64,000 nt of DNA from NCBI RefSeq assembly GCF_006345805.1, contig NC_043001.1:76942001-77006000 (forward strand), read 5' to 3'. This DNA comes from Octopus sinensis. Lineage: Eukaryota. How positions within the stretch are numbered: position 1 is the first letter of the stretch; every line of letters starts with the position of its first letter. Both the position numbers and the translations under genes were made by a program. The notes under the pieces were generated by a model. The model was not told the origin of the DNA. It saw nothing but the letters and a program-made list of their open reading frames with translations, and did no database searches. Positions 51,478 through 64,000 of this stretch are shown piece by piece.

Positions 51478-52089
51478 ATATACATGGAGTAAAACATGTT
51501 CATTACCACAACATCAGTTAAATGTAGGAATTCTTTTTTGTGTTCCTTGAACTCTTTGACACCACATTTTGAACATTTTATATCCTTCTTTTCCAATATA
51601 AATTAGTTTCTATTCTTACTTCTCCGTTTCTTTGAATCTCTTCATTCCAAAGTCTCCCCCATTCATTCTGTTCAGTTTAAAGTCTCTTTTCCTTATTCTC
51701 TCTCACTCACTCACTCATTCCTCCTCTTCCTTTCTCTCTTTCCCCTCCCCTTTGATGTACGTATACACACATGCACTGCTTCTCTCTTTCTCTCACACAT
51801 ACATACCCACACAGTCTCATTCACTCACAAACTCCCTCTCTTACCTAATATCTCTCTCTCTCTCTTTTTTTTTGTTATTCCAATCCTGTTCCCCACCCCT
51901 GCATCCACTTAGTCAACCAGAAGATAGTTTCTCTCTGCCTGTTGCTACTCCTCCTCTCTCTCTCACTCTCCCTATGTGTTTATTGCTACTCTCTTACTCT
52001 CACTCACTCTTCTGTTTTATCTCACTCCCTCTCTTTCACCAAGAAACAGTTTAATCTCTGTCTTGTTAGTTTTCATTTCAATCATTCAT

Positions 52090-52124
<35 letters not shown>

Positions 52125-52934
52125 TTCCCCAATCTCATTCTTTCACTCATTTCCTTTCTCTTTCTTTCTTTCTCTCACTCACACACACACACACGTTCTC
52201 TACAGGAGAGTCTACTTGTTTCTCTCTCTCTTCTCTCTAACTCATTCTCCTTACTTTCCTTTTTATGTCTCTTTCTCTCTCTGTTTTCTTCCTGTCATAT
52301 CTCTTTCCACTCTCACACCCTCTTGTTCTTTCATTAAATAGATGACAGCTAATCTTCTAGTCTTGTCAACGATGTCTCAACATTGTTGATGTTGTTGTTG
52401 GTGGTGGTGGTGGTAGTGCTGGTGTTGTTATTATTGGTCGTGGTGCTGGTGCTGTTGGCGTCTGCTACTGCTATTTTCTTTGTTGTTGCTGCTGCTGTTT
52501 CATTTGTTGGTAGTGGTAGGGATGGTGTTGGTGTTGGTGGTGTTCTTACAATGGTCTCCCAACATAAAACGACCAACAATAGAACATAAAAGAAGACAGC
52601 CCAGCAATCAGATCAAATTATAAACAGATAAATAGACCTATTCTTTACATAAAATAAGACATAATTCCAGTGTAGGGGAAGACATGTCAAGTCAAAGTAA
52701 GTTGGCTTTGACGAATGGTTACCCATCTTGGTTGCTGTAGAAGTCTATAGAGAATAAGTCTGTAGATAAAAAGAGGTAAGAATGGAAAATATACATATAC
52801 ACTTACAGTAGTATTTAGATAGATTGCTCTCTCTCTCTCTTACTCTACAGTTTCAGCAACATTGGTGATACTCTGACTAACAGCAGAGAGTAATTACAGA
52901 ACTGCAGTAAATATAATTACACTCTACTTCTCTA

Positions 52935-53140
52935 GTCTTTTACTTGTTTCAGTCATTTGAATGCGGCCATGCTGGTGCACCACCTTAAAGGGTTTTTTTT
53001 AGTCAAAGAAATTGACCCTAGGACTTATTCTTTATAAGCCTATTGCTTACTCTTTCGGTCTCTTTTGCTGAACTGCTGAATTACGGGGACGTTAAGACAC
53101 CAACATCGGTTGTCAAGTGATGGTGGGGCAACAAACACAG
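52935..53140 (-). mobile_element. Composite SINE, 3' half
   Basis: Homologous to 19172-19380. Confidence 0.75.
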
Positions 53141-53189
53141 ATACAAAGACACAACACACACACAAATATACACATATACATTCACATAC

Positions 53190-54815
53190 ATACACATACA
53201 CACTGTGGCATACATGGGGTTATGGTTTTGGTTCCTGCAATGAAGAGGGAACCAGGTTGCTGGAGTTCTGCCAGGCAAATGATCTTATGGTTTGCAATAC
53301 TAACTTCAGGAAACCTAACAGTCACCTACCGATCTGATAGACACACTAGCCAAAGTGGCTACATCCTTGCCAGAAAAAGGGAAAGATGATTGCTTATAAA
53401 TGCCAAACACTTCCCAGGCAAAGAATGTACCCCACAACATAGACTAGTAGTTAGCGACTTCAGGATCAGGGCTAAATGGATGCCCAGAAGACGACCAGCA
53501 TGGAGGAGAAGGGTCTGGAAGCTTAAAGACCCTGTGAATGGACAGAGACTTAGAGACGCATTACTCGAAGCTTTTGATGAAATAGAAGGGGGATATAGCA
53601 TCACATAATGTGGAAGACAACTGGAGGTTTCTACAGGACAAGCTGCTAAGGGCCACTGACCAGATCTGTGGATGGTGCAAACTCCCCTCTTGACTTAAGG
53701 TAATGTGGTGGTGGAACGATGTTGTTGACAGGGCCATTACAGAAAAGAAACAGTGCTTGGAAGGACTGGCAGAATGGTGGTAGCAGGGAACTGTATCAGA
53801 CTGCCAGAAGGCAAGTTAAGAAGACAGGTTTATTTAGCGAGAGGGAAAGCAGATAAGAAAAAATTTGCCAATGATCTGCGCCATGATGACAAAAGACATG
53901 AGGTATTTTTTGTTGCATGACAGTGTGTGAGAGAGAATTGTGATGTCGTAGGAGAAAAATGTATCCACATGGATGATGGTTCACTTGCATTAAACGAGGC
54001 TCCAAAGAGAGAGGTTTGGAGATGCCACTATGAAAGGTTGCTAAATAAAGAGAATGAATGGGAGAAAGAGAGTCTGCCGAATGCCGACCCAACAGAGGGA
54101 CCAGCTATCCGAATTGACAGTACCTTGGTAGATAACGCAATTAAGGGTATGAAAACAGGGAATGCCCTGGCCCATAAGGAATCACCACAGAGATGCTCAA
54201 AATATATGGTGGTGTTGGCATCCATATAGTTAACCAGATGATACATGAAGGAGTCATACCCAATGACTGGTGTAGCAGCACCATAGTCAACTGCTACAAA
54301 GGTAAAGGTGACGCTCTAAGTACAAATAATTACAGAGGTATCAAGTTGTTGGATCAGGTAATGAAGGTCATGGAAAGGGTCATAGCCCAAATAATTAGGT
54401 AGAGATTCAGTATAGATGAGATGCAGTTTGGGTTCGTGCCAGGGAAAAGCACCACCGATGCTATATTTCTGGTAATACAGCTGCAAGAGAAATACCTATC
54501 CAAAGATAAACCTCTGTACCTGGCTTTTGATGACATGGAGAAAGCCTTTGACAGGGCCCCTTGATCCCTTTTCTGGTGGTGAATGAGGAAACTAGTGATA
54601 GATGAATGGTTAGTGAGAGCTGTGCAAGCCATGTACAGGGATGCTGTCAGTAAGGTGAAGGTTGGCAATGAGTACAGTGAAGAATTCCGGGTAGAGGTAG
54701 GGGTCCACCAAGGATCAGCTCTCAGCATCCTCTTATTTATCATAGTCTTCCAGGCAATAACAGAGGAATTCAAGACAGGATGCCCCTGGGAGCTCCTCTA
54801 TGCTGACAACCTCAT
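53190..54815 (+). mobile_element. RTE-clade LINE internal fragment (APE endonuclease end to RT YADD), decayed
   Basis: EEGTRLLEFC, QHRLVVSD, NYRGIKLL, QFGFVPGKSTTDAIF, GVHQGS and WELLYADNL motifs, with many stops and frameshifts. Confidence 0.92.
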
Positions 54816-55245
54816 TGCCAGTGCCGCCAGACTAGCTCCCATGCAGGTGGCATGTAAAAAACACCTTTTGAGCATGGTCGTTGCCAGTATCGCCTGACTG
54901 GCCCTCGTGCCAGTGGTATGTAAGAGCACCCACTACACTCTCGGAGTGGTTGGTGTTAGGAAGGGCATCCAGCTGAAGATCAGATTGGAGCCTGGTGCAG
55001 CCTTCTGGCTCGCAAGTCCTCAGTCAAACCGTCCAACCCATGCCAGCATGGAAAGTAGACATTAAACAATGATGATGATGATATATATGACAAGCTTCTT
55101 TCAGTTTCTATCTACCAAACTCACTCACAAGGCTTTGGTCAGCTCAAATCTATAATAGAAGACACTTGCCCAAGGTGCCACACAGTGGGACTGAACCCAG
55201 AACCATGTGGCTTGAAAGCAAACTTCTTACCATATAGCCATGCCT
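54815..55245. mobile_element. RTE-tail repeat (+) followed by a composite SINE head (-)
   Basis: GTTGGTGTTAGGAAGGGCATCCAGCT...TTAAACAATGATGATG, then homology to the 19420-19580 segment. Confidence 0.7.
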
Positions 55246-56023
55246 GAGTACTTTTTTTAGAAACAACAACAACCTATGCATTACATCTACCATTATTACT
55301 ACATCTGTAGCCATTAGCTCCACAACAACCACTATCAACAGCATCAAAAGCAAGATTACTATACCAATACTTTCCCCCCCCCCCCGTTTATAAACTCAAT
55401 CATACACAAATTCCTATACCTGTATCTGTATATCTACCTAAACATCCATCAACATATCTTAATATCATCTATTTAGCATTGTATATCTTTCTTTGATGTC
55501 TCATACAAATCAACTTAGGACCCTATATGTGAAGTAGGTCGACCTAGAAGATAATTTTGTCCCTGATGGTCATTTTTTTCTTGAAAATCCTATGTTGTTA
55601 TTGGGATGTGTCTAACATGCCATCAAAAATGGTGTGTGTGGGGTGGGTGGGGTGTGTAGGCTGAATAAGCTAAACAATACTCCCTCAGCTTTGCCCTTTT
55701 CTTTTTTCTGATGAAAGACTAGCATCCAAAATGTTATAAAGACTCTTTCCTTTTACTTTCAAGTGTTACACTAATAGTTCATTCATCAAAAATTGTCCCT
55801 GTTGTCTTTTCCTCATTTTTCCTCATTCACTCTCCCCACCCCCACCATTGTTGATGGCATATTTGAGACATCTCAGTGTCAGCATTGTACTTTCAGGAGA
55901 AAATGACCACTAGAAACAAAATTAAGTTACAAGTGGCCTTCTTCATATATAGGACCTGGGTTGATTTGTATGAGACATTATTTGGTGAGGTTGGGAGAAA
56001 GTGCATCTTATATGCCATCAAAT

Positions 56024-56055
<32 letters not shown>

Positions 56056-56184
56056 CTTCTCCATTTTTTGATTTACCTTACTCTAATCAAATATTCTAAA
56101 TGACCTGAGATACTCATCCTGCCTTGGTTTTGTAGTCCATTATTCTTTAATATATATATATGTATATATATATATGATTCAAAA

Positions 56185-56400
56185 TGTGACTGCATATGTA
56201 CCGTTGGCGATTTTTTTTTTTCCTCCGTCTTCCCCTCTTTGGATCTTTCCTTTTCCTATGTTTCTGACGAAGAGCTCCGCTCGAAACGTTAAACCCTCCT
56301 TCTTTCCTTCCTTCCTAAGCATCCAATAATATTATATTTGTTCCACGTCCTCGCGTTGTTGTGTTTTCTCTTTGTGTTTTCATGTTTGGATTAACTATAT
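56185..56400 (+). mobile_element. ~215-bp non-autonomous element carrying an intact minimal hammerhead
   Basis: GTTT-CTGACGA-A-GAGC TCC GCTC-GAAA-C-GTT-AAAC at 56260-56294; flanked by (TA)n; a second copy lies at 56956-57155. Confidence 0.75.
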
Positions 56401-56955
56401 ATATGTATATATATATTTAAAATAATAAGGGTGAAAAATTCAATATTAATTTGATTAATATAAATTTAAAACATACATATACACAGCGCTATGCGTGTGG
56501 CAAGTTTTCTACGGCCGGATGCCCTTCCTGACCAGTGGTTTAGCATATTAAAATCTGGAGATAAAGAAAAATTATATTACATACACATAAGCATAATGGA
56601 TGTCCACGTAGTGGTCATCCCTCATATATATATATATATCATCATTTAGATGGTTTGATTGGAACCGGTAAGCCAAAGAGCTGTAATGGGTGCTTTTATG
56701 TGCCACCAGCATAGGTGCCAGTCATGTGACACTGACATCAGCCACGACTACAGTTTCAGTTGGTTTGATAAGTCTTCTCAAACCTAGTATATCACCAAAG
56801 GTCACTTGCCATTACTTCTGTGAGACCCAACATCTAAAGATTGTGCTTCACCACTTCGTCCCACATCTACCATTTCCACAGGTTCACTCCACAGTTAAAG
56901 ATCAGCAACAATACCAACTCTGAGGGAAGTATGGGGAGGGGGAACTGCAACTATA

Positions 56956-57149
56956 TGTGACTGCGCATGTATCGTTGGCGATTTTCTTTCTCTGTCTTCC
57001 CTTCTTTGGACTTTCTCTATATTTCTGACAAAGCGCTCCGCTCAAAGCGTGAAATCCTCCTTCTTTCTTTCCTTTCCTGAGTGTCCGATAACACTGTACA
57101 AATTCCACGTCCTTGCGTTGTTGTGTTTTCTCTTTGTTCATTTTTGGAT

Positions 57150-57155
<6 letters not shown>
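56956..57155 (+). mobile_element. Second copy of the 56185 element; hammerhead core mutated
   Basis: CTGACAA and AAAG replace CTGACGA and GAAA. Confidence 0.75.
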
Positions 57156-57185
<30 letters not shown>

Positions 57186-57399
57186 TTATACACACACACA
57201 CACTTAGTATAATTTGAATAGAAATCTTGTAACATGTATTTAAGGACTCCTTCACTGTTATTTGGCTACCACATGTTATTCTATACTAAGACATTTTCCA
57301 GGGCTGGATACACATATTGGACTCCTTTTTGCATAAGGTTAATACAAGAATAATATAATATATTCTGATCTTCTATTAAAGCTTGATACCAACCCTTCT

Positions 57400-57658
57400 T
57401 CATGTTATATTATTCTTTATATATATATATATATATAGGACATTGTACATACAAATGTTAGATATAACACATCCTAGCTTTTGTTATTGGAGGCACATGA
57501 TCACGACAGTGTTTAAGAATTTATAACCTGTTGGAATATAATAAGTTGCGATAACAATTGACACAAAATAGTACAGATAAAATGTACACCTGCATACGTG
57601 TGTAGGTGTGTGTATGTATGAATATATATTTATGTATATGTGTGTGTGTTTATATATA

Positions 57659-57716
<58 letters not shown>

Positions 57717-58021
57717 TACACATGTAGGTATGTGGATGAAAATGGGGAAAATAGAACTCAAAATATGAGTATATGTACATTTTTATCAATATTTAACAGA
57801 AGAGTGACTCAATTAATGCATGCACACACACATACACACACGTACACACATTGCACATGAAGTTTGAAAATTAAAGAGACTGACAAATAATTAATGATAA
57901 ACATTGATACACAAACAGGTAGATAAATAGGTATAGATAGATAGATTGATAGATAGATAAGTATAGATAGATTGATAGATAGAGGGAGAGAGAGAGGTAA
58001 GGAAAGGGTAGATTGAATCAT

Positions 58022-58062
<41 letters not shown>

Positions 58063-59230
58063 ATTAGTTTGATTCATTGAAAGATTAATAGTTTGATTAA
58101 ATGACAGAAAGATAGACTTAGCAGGAGAAAAATAATGAGATAGAAAAGAGAAGGACAATAAGACCAGGCAGAAGACAAGATTTAGATTTGAAAAGAACAA
58201 AAATGGAAAATAATAACTGGATGGGAAAGGGTAAGGTGGTGTGTGGAAATATGTGAGAGAAAATGAAAGATACAGAAAGAAAGAAGAAGAAATTAAGAGA
58301 CAATGATAGATAGATAGACAGACAGACTGATGCAGATAGATATAGACAGATAGCTAGATTGTTAGATGCAGATAGATATGGATGGATGGATTAGCCAATA
58401 GATGGATGGAAGGCTAGCCAAATAGATGGATAAACCAATAGAGAGGGAGAGAGAGGTGGTTATATCAATAGATATATAAATCAACAGATAATTAGATTTG
58501 ATGGATGGATAGGTAGATGGATAGATCAATAGATAGATAGGTGGATAGTTAGATAGATAGATTTAGATAGATAGACATAGATAGAGATATAGATAGAGAT
58601 ATAGACAGACAGACATCGATAGATAGATAGATAGATTGATAGATATAAGTAGAGATTTTGTGAGAGAAAGGGTAACAAAACATGAATAAAAGGAGAATAA
58701 TGAAGTATAAAAAAGACAAGATAGACAAACAGGAGAAATGAAGAGAACATGAGAGTTGCTTACAGAAATGGTGGTGGGCAAGTTTGAAAGAGAAAATAAA
58801 GATATTGGAGTGGTTGTTTATCTCCAAGAATGGCTGGTTTGTTTGGCGTTTAAATGACTGACATTTATTCTACTGTGTTAAAATACTCATTCTCTTTCAT
58901 TATAATCATCAGTTTGGCATGGACATTTTATGTTCTGAACGACTTCATATATTATTGTGTGCCAACCTCTCTGTTGTTTAAAAGAGGAAGTTTAAACATG
59001 GTTCATTGAATCTCCTCTCTCCATGACTAATCTGGTTCAGAAAAGTGAACTTTTCTCTCCCATTCTCTCCCTCTCCTATCTTCTTTATCATTCTTTTCTC
59101 TTTATCTCTTTCAATCCTCTCTTGTGATCTTCCTATCTCTCTAAAATTTAACTTCTTCCTCTCTCCTTGCTCTCTTCTTAATCTTTTTACTTTCTTTTAT
59201 TTTACTTTTATTTTCTTTAATTTACCAATG

Positions 59231-59269
<39 letters not shown>

Positions 59270-59810
59270 CGTTTTTCAATCAACTCTTCTGCTCTCTCTG
59301 TCTCTCTGTTCTTTTTCCCCCTATTTCTTTCATTGTCTCTATCTATTCATCCTGTTTATTTCTTGCTCCCTTCTTCCATGTTTTGATCCTTTCTTACATT
59401 TTCTCCTTGTTTTATATCATTATACCAATTTCATCAGTTCTTTCTTCTTACTGGCATTATTTCTAGCTCTAGATCAATGTAGCCTTTCTTTACAACCAAC
59501 AATTTGGTTGTCTGTCTGTACATACATACATACATCTATTTGTCTGTGTTTGTCTTATATAGTTAGTTTGCCTATCGGTCTAATTTATTCTATCGAATCT
59601 AATCTAATCTGGATGTCTATTTATCTTTCATCTTCTTCCCATCTATCTATCTATCTATCTAGTCAGTCTATCAATGTATTTCTCTCTGCCTATCTAACTA
59701 TCCATCTATCTAATTTAATTCTTCTATATATCTATCTATTTAATCTAATCTGATCTATGTATCTAATTTATCTGTCTAGTCAGTTTATCTATCTGTTTGT
59801 CTATCTGTCC

Positions 59811-59902
<92 letters not shown>

Positions 59903-59911
59903 CTCTTCTTC

Positions 59912-59942
<31 letters not shown>

Positions 59943-60290
59943 ACATAAATAGTCAGTCTATCTATGTATTTCTGTCTGTCTATTAATCTATCTATCTAAT
60001 TTAATCTCTCTATACATTTGTCTATTTAATCTTGTCTAATTTGTGTGTAATCTATCTATCTAGTCAGTCTATCTATCTGCTTATTTGTCTATTTCTGTGT
60101 CTGTCTGTCTGTTTGTCTATCTATCTGTCTATTTATCTGTCTGTCTATTTATCTATCTATCTTTCTATCTATCTGTCTATCTATCTAACTATCTATCTAT
60201 CTATCTATCTTTCTATCTAATCTAATCTGTCTGTCTGTCTGTCTATTCCATCCATCTGTCCCCACCCCCATATCAATCAGTTCATCCATC
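57400..60290. repeat. Microsatellite and low-complexity block: (TA)n, (CA)n, (GATA)n, then (CT)n and (TATC)n
   Basis: Direct inspection. Confidence 0.9.
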
Positions 60291-60679
60291 CATTAATTAA
60301 TTAATGCAGAAAGAAAGGCTTATTTCAACAAACCCTTAACTATGATCTGAAATAACGATGCTCAGGTTTGGTGAGTGAAATTAATTGGGCCATTGCATCA
60401 CAAACACATAACTTCACGAATGTGATGCACCGTTGGAGCAGAAAGATTTTGAATCGGATTTGTTAGAATATGAATTAATTGAGGGTTAAAATAAATGTTC
60501 TTCTGCTCAGTTGCCCATCATATGAAGATGTGTATCAATGTGGAAGTGACTTACACAGCTTGTAAATAAATATGCTCTACTGTAGAGCCCAAACCATCAA
60601 GGTACCCTTTAGTTCTCAGTTACTCAGCTGGCTAAAAATAGCAACCAAATCTCCCTAAACTGATTGTTACTGCGCTGAG

Positions 60680-60845
60680 CAAAATGCTTTGCAGTATTTC
60701 TTCCAACTTAGTGTTCTGAGTTCAAATTCCACCGAGGTTGACTTTGCCTTTTGTCATTTTGGAGTCGATAAAGTATGTACCAGTTGAACACTGGGGTCGA
60801 TGTAATCCCCTACCTGAACTTGCTGGATTTGAGCCAAAATTTGAA
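60680..60845 (+). mobile_element. tRNA-headed SINE remnant (5058 family)
   Basis: GAGTTCAAATTCCACCGAGGTTGACTTTGCC...GTACCAGTTGAACACTGGGGTCGATGTAAT. Confidence 0.75.
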
Positions 60846-61633
60846 GTCAGTGTTAGAATACTTGAGTGTTACACATTGTATGACAAGTAACTTTGTAAGT
60901 ATGCTTTTTACCACCATGAGTAATATCAGGAAATACGGCATATATACAGTAACTTTTTTATTTAACTTTTATCAAATTTCTTTGTTTATAAGACATGATG
61001 AAATGAATAATAATTTTCAAAAGAAAAAGTTTTATCATCTTCAAAATGTAATAAAACAAATCAAGCAAATTTCTCATTTGTATAACTCCCCGCCACCCAT
61101 AACTACTCTGTCACTTACTCCAACTCTATCTCTATGATTCTTTCTATATCTTTCATAGTGTGTATAGCATTCCTTTACTCATTGCTTGTCACAAAGCCTA
61201 GTATGTGCATCCATCCTATGCCTCTTATGTTAACTCTCTCTGTATTTCTCTATTATCTCTAAAGAAATCAACCAACCAACCAACCAATCAACAAGCATTT
61301 ATATCAGCTATCATTAATACAGAGATAAGCCGTATGCTACAAATTTCGTAGCAAGTATTATAGCCAATTTACTTACACTTAGTATCTAAGCGGTACTTTA
61401 ATATCGACCTAGAATGATGGAAAGCAAAGTTGACCTTGGCAGGATTTGAACTGGGAATGTACAAAATATAATTAAATATCATGTAGGACACAACCCAATG
61501 CAGTAGCTATTTTGCCTCCTCCACCCTTTGCTTTGTTTATTATTTTCCATGAAATTTGGTTTAAAATTTTGAAATTTGTAATGAAAATTTATTTTGTGAC
61601 TCAACTTTAATTCCTTTTTCTTTAATATTCCAG

Positions 61634-62993
61634 AAGCAGCATCATGAAACTACGACAGGCCAAACGCAAAAGACGGCGAACTCAAGAATATACCAGCACT
61701 AATGACCTCACCCAAAGCTATGACCCTCCTTCCTATGAAGATGTTGTCCGAAGAAGTGCAGGTCCCCCTTTATATAACATTACAACACCAGACACCGAAG
61801 ATGAGGCAAGCGGTGCCGGCGGTGGCGGCAGCAACGACAAACTAGTGAATAACAGACGACTGCGAAATAACAACGTCAACACAAAGAACATCAACATCTA
61901 CAACAACACGCACAGCAAAAATAATGCAAACCACACTAATAACATGTCTTCCACTCAACCAAGAAACAAATACGAGAACCTGGTTCAGTCGGGGAATGAC
62001 CACCATGGTGAGGAAGAGCAACCGCTCAGATCGAGCGGAGATCATGTTTACAGCTGTTCTGTTATGATAGAGTCCCCTGTTAGTTCATCAAGGGCCAGAT
62101 ATAGTCATCGCATTAACAGCAGTAATAGAAACAGCAGCTGTAGCAACAGCAGCAGCAGCAGTAATAATATGAGTGACTCCAATGAGTTCCTCTTGGATAC
62201 AAATGGAGGAAGCAGAGGAGGGGCAGATGTCTTGGCATCTCGTTTAAGCAATGGTGGCGATGTGAACAGTGATGAAAAGTTAAACGGTGCCGTTGGATGT
62301 TCTCCTATGGTTACCTCTAGTCCGGGTTTGTATCCTGCGGCTGTAATGCCTCCTGCCACAGATTCAAGTATCGCTCCTTCTACTGCCTCCAGTACTGCTG
62401 CTACCGCTGCCACTACTGCTGCTGCTGCTGCCGCCGCCGCACCGTCTGGTGCCGCTGTCGTCTTGAATGGCACACATAATGATAACTTTAATCCTCGCAG
62501 GTCTTACCCCACTACTGCTGCCATTGGAAACGACTCTGAGAGTTGTGACGATGATGATGATGATAGCTTCTCTCAACATGGTAACCTGCTCTCAAACATA
62601 GAGAACTTTTGTTTTGCCGACATGGAACCGTCGCCGAAACATAGCACAAAGAAATCCTCCAGCAATAGGAACAGCAACAACTATGATAACAGTAACAATA
62701 TATTCTGTGATTTAAATTCTGTCAATTTTAATACAGACAATAATAATAAAAGGGGGAGTGGTGATAGTGTTTCAGGTGGCAGAAATGGTATTGAAGCAAA
62801 AACATCACCTGGCATTGCAAACGGCATTGGCGAAATGAATGGAACCAAGAATGATATTGTGACCCCCAGAACTAATGAAGAAGGTGGTGGTGGTGGTGGT
62901 GGAGGAGGTATGATGAAGATGCATAGAAACAGGGCTGTGGAAGAGAGTGAACTTGTAACACCACAACCAGAATCGGTTAGACTGCTGCAGTGA
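61634..62993 (+). CDS. Terminal coding exon: low-complexity cytoplasmic tail of a single-pass membrane protein
   Basis: Strong polypyrimidine tract and CAG acceptor. The ORF runs 449 aa from the first ATG. GC and CpG content are higher than in the flanks. It has a basic stop-transfer stretch KRKRRR, PPSY (61725-61736), PPLY (61764-61775) and terminal ESVRLL; stop TGA at 62991-62993. Confidence 0.85.
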
Positions 62994-63668
62994 ATGATAA
63001 ATCTCATAGATTATATTTTCTTTAAAATGAAAAATACATATTAAAAAAAATGGGAAGAATGTAGTGTGAAAGAGTGAATGATTAAAAGTGAGCAAGAAAG
63101 AATGAAAACAAGTAAGAAAGAATAAGAGAATGAAAGAGAAAGACAGGCTATGAATGAATTAATAATTTGCCAAATTTCTTTTGCCCTCTTATATTCTCTT
63201 CTTCTGCTGTGACACATTCTGGACAATACCATAATTGGAAGAATGGAGGAAGGAATTTGTTAAAGAAGCAGAGTGTGTGTGCATGTGCAATGCATTTTCT
63301 CTTTATGTATGTGCATGCATGTGCAGTTATTCATTCTGTGGAACACATGCATATGCATGTACATACATGCATATAAATATACATGCCCAGATACACACTC
63401 ATATGCACACACATATACATGCACACACACACACACACTCATATATTCATACATGCATGTGCTCACATACACACACGCACACAAACAAATACCTGCTATC
63501 ATGTCAAAAAGGTTTAATATCATCTCCTGGTCTTTGAGTGCCTTGAACAGGATTTATTTTGTCAAAAGCAATCAGATCAGAACCCTGTCCATCCCTACCT
63601 ATGACGGTTAATCTCACCAATTCCAGCAAGGTCTGTAAAAGTGATCAGTATTGCCACTCCATTCTTGA

Positions 63669-63710
<42 letters not shown>

Positions 63711-64000
63711 TAGATAGATAGATTCATTGCTTAATATTAAACAACTGAATGCCCAATACATATTATAGAGATGGTTCTTTTAAATTTTTTTTATTAACAC
63801 TGAATCTGAGAGCTTGTCTCACAAGACAACCTTTCAGCTTCAGTTTTAATAAAAAAAAAAAACTACACACACACAAATACTCTTATGTTAAATAGCTTAC
63901 AACAAAAATTCTTCATTTATTAAAATTATCTTCACCTAAATGATGTATTATCATTCCCAAATGACAATTATGACCAGCCTCACCTGAGAAAGGAATATAT

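Larger units (their letters stand above)
8527..61633 (+). other. Putative ~53.1-kb intron
   Basis: GTGAGT...TTCCTTTTTCTTTAATATTCCAG. The direct join gives TM-RYFNKSSIMKLRQAKRKRRR. Undetected small exons cannot be excluded. Confidence 0.65.

Noticed and set aside
52349-52589. Signal-peptide/mucin-like ORF (-) or TM-like ORF (+)
   Set aside because: Built from GTT/GGT/GCT triplet runs that are common as non-coding DNA here; it has in-frame upstream stops and no good splice pair.
60310-60370. Poison exon ending in GTGAGT
   Set aside because: The acceptor lacks a pyrimidine tract and there is no other support.
2704-63611. Many YIYI, CVCV, THTH, LSIY and poly-L/F/S ORFs throughout the window
   Set aside because: These are translations of (TA)n, (CA)n, (GATA)n, (CTT)n and (ATT)n microsatellites or of SINE interiors.

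Overview
AT-rich, microsatellite-dense animal genomic DNA. From recalled repeat families it is probably an octopus/cephalopod (inference, not verified). Most ORFs in the track are microsatellite artefacts. The best-supported gene is a + strand single-pass membrane protein. Its transmembrane exon (8418-8526) joins in frame across a ~53.1-kb intron (8527-61633) to a long terminal exon (61634-62993) with two PPxY motifs and an acidic dileucine motif. The intron and the upstream region hold many tRNA-derived SINEs, TTAA-flanked and hAT-like MITEs, a non-autonomous Helitron, three Tc1/mariner relics, fragments of HERO, R4/Dong, CR1-group, RTE-X and RTE LINEs, and a Penelope-like RT remnant. A damaged tRNA-Glu(TTC) copy sits at 1056-1127. 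The most striking signal is a set of type I hammerhead ribozyme motifs from at least five apparently unrelated Penelope-like termini. The best case is a near-perfect 217-bp-arm palindrome (21570-22028) with an intact hammerhead on each strand, and a second head-to-head pair lies at 42.0-42.3 kb. Also notable are a 67-bp tandem array flanked by a 14-bp direct repeat, a local inverted templated insertion flanked by 15-bp direct repeats, and a PHD-type finger inside an RTE reverse transcriptase. No CRISPR array or prokaryotic feature is present. Boundaries of degenerate repeats are approximate (tens of bp), and family names are from memory rather than database searches.
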